A stretch of 64,000 nt of DNA from Eledone cirrhosa. Taxonomy: Eukaryota. Every line of letters begins with the position of its first letter. The stretch's first letter is position 1. Below the pieces are notes generated by a model that searched no databases, was not told the origin of the DNA, and saw nothing but the letters and a program-made list of their open reading frames with translations. This document shows, one piece after another, positions 52,777 to 64,000 of this stretch. A program made the translations under genes and the position numbers. The stretch is taken from NCBI GenBank assembly GCA_964016885.1, contig OZ024746.1, positions 9,672,001 through 9,736,000 of the forward strand. The letters are read 5' to 3'.

Positions 52777-53764
52777 AATTAAATAGATATATTTCAATAA
52801 TAAATAACTTACAGATAAATGTAGAGAAATACAAGTGAAAGCCATCAGCAGTAAAACTTACCATTTTATTGCTGCCCATAATAGTATAGCAGTCACATGG
52901 GAACAGTTGGCTATTTATGGGACCCCCCCCCCCCCCCCATCAATTGTCATCAAACAACTGAATCAATTCTCTTCCTTTCAAATCTTGTAAAGAGATCAGT
53001 CCACCTAGAAACTCTCTTTCTCTGTTGAATATAAAACTTCAAGGTACCACTATCAATGTTGGCATGAAAAAATATAGGCATGGCGAGATTGTAAAGATGC
53101 TAGAGAGAAGATGAATAGCTGTGTTGTGTACAAAATGTGGCATAGACATTTTAGTGACAAAGAAATAGATAAATCATCATCATCATCATAAGTCCATTTT
53201 CTATGCTGGCATGGGTTTGATATTTTATGATAATCAAGACCAGTTGGCTTGAAGCAACACATTTTCTCATATTTAGCATGGTTTCTATGGCTGGATGCTC
53301 TTCTTAGTGCCAACCAGCTCACAGGGTGTACAGGTTGTATTTTTGTGACACCAGCTCTATCATTTTACAAAGTGGACTGGATCCATTTTATCAAGGCAGT
53401 CAGTGTCACAGAATAAATTTAGAGGTCTCTCATTAATTCACACATTTATTGATATATTATGGTTGTGTTAGAAACAAAATATTCTTACATGATGAGAAGA
53501 TTTAATAGAAATATGAACATTTTTAAAATGAATGCATTCGTACCATGTGACTAAGGGCAAGTAAGTTTTATTTAAAACACTAAAGACATTTCCTAACAGT
53601 TTGTATGGATTAGGTTTATTTTGAATTTATCTTATGAATCACATAAGGTGAACCTATGAATTTAATTATTACCACACATAAGAGAATAGAAACTTTTAAG
53701 GTGTTCAGCAGTCCATGTGTGGGAAGCAATGAGTCAGTTGGATAGACATAGTGTGTTTATGTTA

Positions 53765-54675
<911 letters not shown>

Positions 54676-55348
54676 GATATATATATATTATAATGATATC
54701 TCCATTCCACTTCATGACTTTGTAAAATAGCATCAGATAAATAAACAGATAGAATTTGTTTTCCCTGCTCCAAAATTGGTTGACTATACAACTGTATCAT
54801 CATCATCATGTAATAGGGGAATATTTTCGGCATGAGTCATATGACAATAAATATATTTTTTCTGCTTTCTTCATATCCCTTTTCATTTTTGAGGGATAGA
54901 TTATGTATTTTTTTACTGGTTTTCAAATAAATGATTCATATGAATAATAATGCATAAGAATTGCTGAGGTAAATTCCTTTACATCCAGCAGACACCTTTA
55001 CTGATACCAACGTGGGAGAGACAGAGGCAGTAACAGTGGGAGTTTGGTTCTTCTGTATTCTGACCTGGTGTATATATGTGTATATAAGAGAGAATGAGTC
55101 TTTCCTTCTGGGGTAAGACATATTCAAATATGGTACAAAAGTAGTGTGGTTTCAAGTGTAATATTTTTGAAATAATTTTATCTGCACTCTATAGATTTGA
55201 AATAGTTTAGTTTCTGAACATTCTTGCATGGCTGGAAGCATAGTTTATTTGTTAATACTTAATTAATTCTTAATAGATATTTGCTCTAATGTTTATATCT
55301 ATTTATTTATATATATATATATATATACATATTTATATATATATATAT

Positions 55349-55379
<31 letters not shown>

Positions 55380-55544
55380 TAACCAACGACTTAATTTATA
55401 AAAAAATATTTTTTTTTTAATTTTTCCTAATCCGGAAAAAAATTCTTTTTGGATTTTGTGAAGAAAATAAATTTGTTGAAAGCACAAGTGAAGCCATTTT
55501 TTTCTTCCCCCCTGTCTTAATATATATATATATATATATCTTGT

Positions 55545-56132
55545 ATTTGAAAACAAATCTTGTATTTTTTATGCTTGTTAAATTATGCCCAAAATACGGG
55601 GATCTTATTTAAACTTTAACCTTCTCACTAACCTTAATTCTGTCGTATTTTTCAAAACAAATCTTCTTATATATTTTATATATATTTTGTTATGCTTGTT
55701 AAATTATGCCCCAAATACGAGGACTTTATTTAAACTCTTAACCTCTGCTCCCTCCTATCTCCCCCCCCCCCTCTATATCATGCTGGTTCGCCCCCAATCC
55801 CTTCCGCTCTCTCCAAATATAAAATAAATCCTTTGCAAGTACGAAACTCAGAAACCGCCAACCCTATTTCAGGCTAGGCTGCACGCACGGTGAAATGTAA
55901 CGTACTAATTGCTATTTCTTCACTCTTCTCTCCATTTTAATTCCCTAGTCCATTCATCAATCTGTATCATTTATCCCAGAATCCAATCCTTGTTGCTTTT
56001 CTATTCAATAATTCTAGCGTATTTTTCAAAACAAATCTTATATTTCAAAACAAATCTTGTATTTTTTTATGCTTGTTAAATTATGCCCAAAATACGGGGA
56101 TCTTATTTAAACCTTAACCTTCTCGCTAACTA
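55545..56132. repeat. Three direct repeats of about 85 bp upstream of LINE copy C
   Basis: aaaacaaatctt...tatgcttgttaaattatgccc(a/c)aaatacg...ttatttaaac...taacct at about 55550, 55655 and 56045. Confidence 0.8.
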
Positions 56133-56286
56133 CCCCATATCCCTCCCCCACGCACCACCATTATTACATGGGCCAATCATAAGTCAGCGGCCTATGCTAT
56201 CACTTACCTGGTTGCCTTTGGATATGATGGATGGACTACAGAATTCTGGAGAGTTTGAAAAGAAAAAATCTGGACACTCAGTGACA

Positions 56287-58998
56287 ATGCCAAAGATAAA
56301 GACAAATTCACCTCATGTTGACGGACGAGAATGCAAGGACTCCTCCTCCTTGTTTCGGCCATGGATGGCTAACATAACCCCATCTCCCTCATCTCCCTCA
56401 TGGAAGTTAAAAGACCCCCACAGCCAGTAATAAATTTAAAAGCATATTACTTGATGCTTTTGATAGTAAGGAAGAGCAATTAGAATCGTACAATATAGAG
56501 GAACAGTGGGAATTCCTGAAAGCTAACCTGCTGAAGGCAACAGATGAAACCTGTGGCTGGAGCAGACCTATAGGCAGGAGGAGAGTAACTTGGTGGTGGA
56601 ACAGTAAGGTGGAGGGGTCAATCAAGGCTAAAAAGCAGGCTTGGAAAGCATGGCGGGATGGGGGAAGTAGAGAAAACTATCAAGTGGCCAGGAGGGAAGC
56701 TAGGAGACAAGTGTACTTCTCAAGAAGGGAAGCAGAGGAAAGAAAGTTCAAGCATGTTCTACAACACGAGGACCAAAAACGTGAGGTGTTCAGGATTGCT
56801 AGGCAATGTGTCAAGGAAAACAGTGATATTGTCGGGGAGAAGTGTGTCCTTAATGATGATGGTGTACTTGCCATCACTGACGCTGATAAGAAGGTAGCTT
56901 GGAAGTGTCACTACGAAAGGCTACTAAATGAGGAGAATAATTGGGAGAAAGACAGTCTCCCCCACATCGACCCAATAGAGGGACCAGCAGTGCAAGTTGA
57001 AGGTAGTATAATAAGTAAGGCGATCAAAGACATGAAGACGGGCAAGGCAGCCGGGCCTTCGGAAATATTTGCTGAAATGCTGAAAACATCTGGAACGGTG
57101 GGACACACTATGGTCACTCGGATAGTAAACCAAGTCATACAGAATGGGGTCGTTCCGAAGGACTGGCACAGAAGCATCATCATTAACTGCTACAAGAGTA
57201 AAGGTGATGCCCTAGATAGGGGAAACTATAGAGGCATTAAATTAATTGACCAGGTCATGAAGGTCACAGAAAAACTAATAGCGCAACTAATCAGAGAGCG
57301 AATTGATCTAGACGAAATGCAGTTCGGGTTTCTGTCAGGTAAAAGTACAACAGACGCTCTCTTCATTGTACGACAACTACAGGAGAAGTACCTAGCTAAA
57401 AGTAAACCCCTATACTTAGCCTTTGTTGACTTGGAGAAAGCCTTTGACAGAGTACCCCGCTCAATTATCTGGTGAGCCCTTAGAAAACTAGGTGTTGATG
57501 AATGGCTTGCGAGAGCTATACAAGCCATGTATAAAGAAACAGTCAGCAAGGTTAGAATTAACAACGAATATAGTGAAGAGTTTAGCGTAAAAGTTGGTGT
57601 TCATCAGGGCTCCGTCCTTAGCCCCCTACTATTTATTATTGCCCTTCAGGCTATAACAGAGGAGTTCAAGACCGGCTGCCCATGGGAACTCCTATATGCA
57701 GATGATCTAACGCTGATAGCTGAAACAATGGCGGAAGTAGAGAAGAAATTCCAAACATGGAAGCATGGCCTAGAATCAAAAAGCCTTAAAGTTAACTTGT
57801 CTAAGACTAAAGTTCTAGTTTGTAGGAAGGAAAATAGGGCACCAGTCCCATCTGGGAAATGGTCATGCTCAGTGTGTAGGAAAGGAGGTAAGCAGAAACT
57901 CCATTTTATGTCCCAAATGCAAAGTATGGGTGCATAAAAGATGTAGTGGGATCACAGGTAAGCTAACTAAAAATATAGATTTTATATGTGGCCGGTGCTC
58001 TGGTGCAATATGTAACAGCAAGTGCCCGCCGAATACTAGCTCATTCCATTGCATAGATGGTTCTATAGAAATAGTGGACACCTTCCGTTACTTGGGTGAC
58101 AAAATCAGCAGTGGGGGAGGGTGCTCTGAAAGTACAGTAGCTAGAGTCAGAACGGGATGGAAAAAGTTCAGAGAGCTTATACCACTATTGGCCGCTAAAG
58201 GGTTCTCTCTAAAAATGAAAGGCAGACTGTGTGATGCCTGCATACGAACAGCAATGTTACATGGCAGTGAGACCTGAGCATTGTGTGCAGAGGATATACG
58301 CAGACTGGAGAGAAACGAAGCTTGCTTGCTCCGCTGGATGTGTAATAGTAATATACGTGAATGGCAAAGCATAAACGAACTAAGGGAGAAATTAGGAATA
58401 AGAGGGATCAGATGTTGTTTACTTGAGAGAACACTACGTTGGTACGGTCACGTGATGTGCATGAAAGACGACAGCTGTATAAAAAAGTGCAGAGCGATAA
58501 AAATAGACGGTAGCCACGGAGTAGGCAGACCCAGAAAAACCTGGGACGAATTGATAAATTCCGACCTCACACACTTACACCTCTCCAAGACAATGTCACT
58601 GGACCGAGATCTTTGGCGCTACACAGTAATACAGAAGATCCGCCTTGCCTAAGTACAAAGCGAAACCTACAGTCAGTAGGCACCTCTAACAAAATACACC
58701 CCCGTCCCACTATCCCCACCCCATCCACACTACCCCCTTAAATGTGAAGTTATGTTGGTACCACAACATCCAGTTCGAAATAAATGAGGTCGTGTAGGTG
58801 TCATGATAAAAAAAACACAGTCCACGCTGTAATGTGGCCATGTAGGTAACACGCTAAAAACCTCCCAGTCCACACTATAAACGTGGTTGGTGTTAGGAAG
58901 GGCATCCAGCCGTAGAAAACCCGCCAGACAGTCCTGAGCAAGACAACCAATCTTGCCTCAAGTGGGACAATTCCCGTCCAGACCCATGGATGTTAAAC

Positions 58999-59030
<32 letters not shown>
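56287..59030 (+). mobile_element. RTE-clade LINE copy C: 5' ORF start retained, APE domain deleted, pseudogene
   Basis: MPKIKTNSP...FRPWMANITPSP joined at 56400/56401 to WKLKDP; RT and PHD motifs; stops and frameshifts; (GAT)n tail. Confidence 0.95.
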
Positions 59031-59061
<31 letters not shown>

Positions 59062-61819
59062 TCATGCTAGTATGGAAAATGGATGTTAAGTGACGATGAT
59101 ATATATATATAGATATATAATTTGTGTTCAGTTTTGAGTTATGTTTGAATATTAATAAAATTATAAATATATATATATATCATCAGGGTACACCCTTATG
59201 AATACAATTCCTTGTTTCACACCCTGGTCAGATGGCCTCAGGGCCAGTGTTGATAACAGAGCTATGATTTCATATTTGCAAAAGATTTCACCATAGTCTT
59301 CCAACTTAGCCCATACATTCCAAAACATACCATCTATTTAAGTTGATAATAATTAATATTTTATACAATAGCAGAGATTTTAGTACGGTTCAATATGATA
59401 TTGTTACATAACTTTCATACAGGCAAGTTGAAATGACTAGTCTGGTGTATCAATGGTTTCGTATCAACTTAAAATTCAAATTAGTAACTCAGTTGGATGT
59501 TTTATGGCAATTCATCTTCAATTCAACAGTTGACAAAAGCAGACAATACTGGCAAGATTTTACTTTCAGGCTTCAACTGAATCTAATTTCTCTGATTCCC
59601 AAGTGGGATAGTTTACTAATTATCTTATGGTAGGTTAATGTCAAATTACTTGATGAAATTGTGTTTCTTTAATTTAAGAAAAAAAAGGAAAAAAATTGAT
59701 GACTTTCTCTTTTACACACAGTTGTTCATAAGCATGTATAGAATATTGAATTTTTACTTTTTGTTTATATTTACTTACTTTTCATCATCTTAATGTGCAA
59801 GCAAATAAGCAATTGAAATTATAGAAAAAACAACCAAGAATGACTTCTTTAACTTTTCCAATTATAACTTGGTAAAATGGTAGAAAACTGAATTAGTTTT
59901 CTGAAACTACCTATATTGATGTTCTGTGAGTCAGAGTTTCAATATTTGATATGTTGATATTTCAGTGTAATGACCACTATTCACCTTAGTGTAAAAACAC
60001 TAAACTACATGGTTGTCATGGAAATACACATCACACATCAGTATCTGCAGCACATGTGTTCATATTCCAATTGTTCTCAAAATCTCTGATTGGTTGGGTT
60101 AAACCTAGAACCACATTGTTGCAAAGCAAACTGATTAACCACGCTGCCACGCCAAGGCCATCTTTTAAACAAAAGGATTATGACATGCCTTAAATTAAAA
60201 AGAAATCATTATCGTTTTACTGTGTATGGTAGTGGTGGTGGGGAGTTACTGCTTGGAGTCTGTTATTTCAATATTTTCCATGACAACCCATCCAACCCAT
60301 GCCAGCATGAAAAAACGGACATTAAATGATGATGACGTGTATACCTCATCAAAAGAAAATAGCTCATTAATTCTTGAGATTGTGGTAGAAGAGAAAATGC
60401 TAGAGTGATTTCTGGGTAATATTACAAAAAGAGACGGATGAGATGGGTGCCAAAATGGAATTGATAAAAGTGAAAAGAAAACTTGCTAATTTGGCAATGT
60501 TCAGTGGAAAAATATAATTTATTTAATAATCATAATTATGGGAATAGATGGAAGGTAGAGGGAATTTGTAAAAGCATTTAGAAAAGTTTAAGTATAATTT
60601 TATTTGCGGTGACATGGGTTAATGAATAAGTGTGAGAGGAGGAGAGAAAAATAGTTGCTACAATTGTAACTAAAGTTCTGATAGTTGTGTTGAAGAGTAA
60701 ACAACTATGATGATAATGGTGGTGCAGGTGGTGGGACTAGTTGTGATACTATTGTTAACAGTGATGATTGTGTTGGTGGGGTAGGTAACAAAAATAATAG
60801 TGGTAATTTTCTTCTTTTTTTTCTATGAGGAGAAATTGATTGGCAAAATGAAACTCATTACAAACGATGTTTATACCTTTCTGTATTGACTCATTAAGTG
60901 CCAATTTCGAGGTAAATCTTGGCACCACTGAGAGACTTCTCACTCAAATCTCCCACTCTTTCTCTCCCTTCTTTTCTGTATTTCTATTTTTCTATCTATC
61001 TTTGTATCTCTACTATTATCTTGTTGTTCTAATCAGTTACAGCACCAGTTACATGAGCATTATGACTCTTTCAGAACACACATCTTAAACTCTATTCTCC
61101 TTTTTATCCTTCCAATTCACTGAAATAGTTTCTTCAAAACAATTCTAGCTGCCAAAATAGATCGGGTAATTTGTGAATCTATTAAACCTCTAGTTCTACA
61201 AATTACTTTAACTATCAGGTTTTAGGTTAGATTTCAATTCCAGTCTAAATTCTTTTCCATTTCAAATGATACAAATGCCATCATTAATACTGGAACTTTC
61301 ACCTCTATACATTTAAATATCACCCCTTCATCATCACATCAGCAGCCAGTTAAACAAACTACACTTGCTGCCAGTGGAATCACCTTCTCCTCAATTGTTG
61401 CACAACTGCCAGAACAACCAATACATTCAGCACCACTGCAATCAACATTAATACTATCATTATCACTTTCAGTGCTACCAATCATCCCGAGACACTAGCA
61501 CCACATTTGCTAATGTGGTCTCAAAATCCTTTCACATAGGAAAAAAAACAGGCAAGTCTTGACCAGAATGTTTTTGATCTGACAATGGAGTAATCAACAA
61601 TAACTACAGAAACCAGATGGAATTTCCACTCACTCAACCTACAAAAAAAAGAAACCAAATCTCCCCCAAATTACACCTACTGTAGTTAAACAAATGTATA
61701 ATACATCGGATAATGAGGTATTTATTACACTGTTCGAAAATAAAACATGATGGTCATAGTTGGAATGCGTTTTTATCATATGTCTGCTCAATCAATGATA
61801 ATCTGGAGCAGAATAACAT

Positions 61820-62010
61820 AATAATTGTTTCTACTTTAGGCACAAGGCCAGCAATTACACAGTACATTACTGGTACTTTATTTTATCGACCCCGTAAGGA
61901 TGAAAGGCAAAGTTAACCTCGGCAGGATTTGAACTCAGACTGTAAAGGGATGTAACTGTGCTAGAAAGCATGGCGTCCAACCCTCTACCGATACTGCCAA
62001 TTTACCGCCG
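61820..62010 (-). mobile_element. Meta-domain-like SINE
   Basis: Reverse complement of the 18370-18556 consensus. Confidence 0.85.
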
Positions 62011-62990
62011 TTTAACATAATAATGACCACTACCATCACTCCTTAACTATTATCTTTACAATCCTCCTCTGACTATTGACATTGTAACCTTTTTTTATTA
62101 CTTAATCATAGGAAAGCAGAGTTTCTGAGACTGATGTTATGTAGGGTAGAAGAGAGGAAGTTATCCTTAAAGCAAAATGCTGACTGGAATGCTTGCAATT
62201 GTATGTATCTTGCTAAAAGAACTCCAGGTGGTAGTAAACCAGGAAATGAATTAAATCTACCAACCATAACTAAGGACACAGCTTCCTCTTGTGAAATTTC
62301 ATTCTAGTTATCCTTATTGTAAACCTCAAAGGTTCACAGCTCACGAAGTTATAGGGATTTTATATATATAGCATTTATTCCCTCATATACTTCTTGCTAT
62401 GTCACTACCATAGACATCATGCTACTCCATGAAATATTTCAGTATAATAAAGCAATAGAAATAGTGTCTTGCCATTAAAGTCTTTGAGGATTCTGATCAG
62501 GAAACCTTCATCGTTCTCACAAACTTCATTTATAGGTTTTGTCTTTCTCATAAGGTTTTGAAGTAAACTAATTTATGGACCTTTTGCCTAGCCACAAGGT
62601 TTCATATCATAGGATTAAAAGCGACCATTTCCTACCCCACTTTTTTTAATATGTATATTTTGTTTTTGTTCTTTGTTTTTCCTTTTAAGGTTCCATAAAC
62701 AGTGAAGAAGCATAAACTGAAAAGATTAATAGCAACCATCTTTTCATATATTTTTCATGCATTTTTTTATAGGATCAGGGAGTTCTTGCATAACATTCTC
62801 TTCTTAGTTATCTCTAAAGACTACTCCAGAGGTTTTTTATTATTATTATTAGTCTTTATTTTTTTATTTGAAGAATATTTAAGAGAAAATGAGAAATATG
62901 ACTCTCAACAATTCATACAATATGACAATATGAACCAAGAAAAATCAATTTATATATCTATCTATATATATATATATATCTATATATATA

Positions 62991-63040
<50 letters not shown>

Positions 63041-63629
63041 GAGGGAGAGATACAATATATTATTTCATGTTTCTTATATGTATGTGTGAATATAAATATA
63101 TATATGATTCCATTTATGCTTGCATGTGTGTATGTATATATATGTATGTGAATATGTATATGTATGTATATGAATGTGTGTGTGTGTATATATATATATA
63201 TGTGTCTGTGTGTATATATATATATATATATACACACATTTACCAAGAATCATCTGTAAAATGAAACAGAAAACAATATTCATCTATCATTTTCTTAATT
63301 CCACCCCCAACACCACCCACAGTTTTGTCTTTTATGAGATTTCCCATCTTTCTATCTTTATAATGCTAGCAAAAAAAAACTTAAGTCTTGTAGATGTTTA
63401 TGTCATGTACATTGGCTTCAGTAAATATATCAACCTAGACATATTACAAAGTAACTGGGGGAATTATGTTAAGATTGTTTCATCATTGAAAACTACAAGT
63501 AAATGCTTTGAGGTTTAATAATAATCAAAACATAAGTATGAGTTCTCCATATTTCTGTGCAGTTTTATCTTCTGCAACTATTGTTCTTAAATCATGTCAG
63601 TGATAATTAAACATCTGGGTTTGTATGTT

Positions 63630-63870
63630 TTAGCCCTTTAGTTACCAACCTGACCCAAACCGACTCTGGCTCTATGAAATAAATCACCCATTTTAAAGGT
63701 TTTGAATTTAAATAAAAATCTTCCAACATAATTTTATATAAGAACCTTACATTAAGTTACTATCTTAGTAATGAAATAATTAATAATTTTAGCAAATCTC
63801 TAAAAATTCTTCATTAATTAATTAAAATAGAGTGTATTTCATTAGAAATGTGGTCATGAAAGGGCGAAGT
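63630..63870 (+). mobile_element. Decayed piggyBac-like MITE
   Basis: ttagccctttagttacc...ggtcatgaaagggcgaa termini; internal similarity to the outer element at 37778. Confidence 0.55.
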
Positions 63871-64000
63871 TAGGATATTTACATTCACATTCCTGAATAA
63901 AGAACAAATAAACTTATACATACAATTGAAAGAAAACTTTTATTCAAGCTAGAATCAAGCTCACATTTTCAGATCCTAGCTATATATTGGACTATGTTTT

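Overview
AT-rich, microsatellite-dense eukaryotic DNA with no convincing host gene. The SINE, LINE and MITE repertoire looks molluscan, probably octopus (inference). Coding-like sequence is limited to dead retroelements: three copies of one RTE-clade LINE family with a C4HC3 PHD-like finger inside the RT region, plus CR1-like, CRE-like and further RTE fragments. tRNA/CORE-type and Meta-type SINEs and TTAA/TA-flanked MITEs are common. The main finding is at 32375-36252: a non-coding array of identical 310-bp units (about 10.5 copies, then 2 inverted copies) sitting in a (TA)n tract. Every unit carries a complete type I hammerhead ribozyme fold (CUGAUGA...GAAA, palindromic stem III, GUA cleavage triplet, long stem I), the layout of a non-LTR retrozyme / Penelope-associated circRNA element. 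Other hammerheads, intact or decayed, occur in or near (TA)n tracts at 17.2, 17.5, 18.0, 37.3, 41.1, 49.9 and 54.3 kb, several as inverted repeats with a one-sided tail. Together they suggest a multi-family, ribozyme-bearing, TA-targeting mobile RNA system. All folds were derived by eye; no searches were run.
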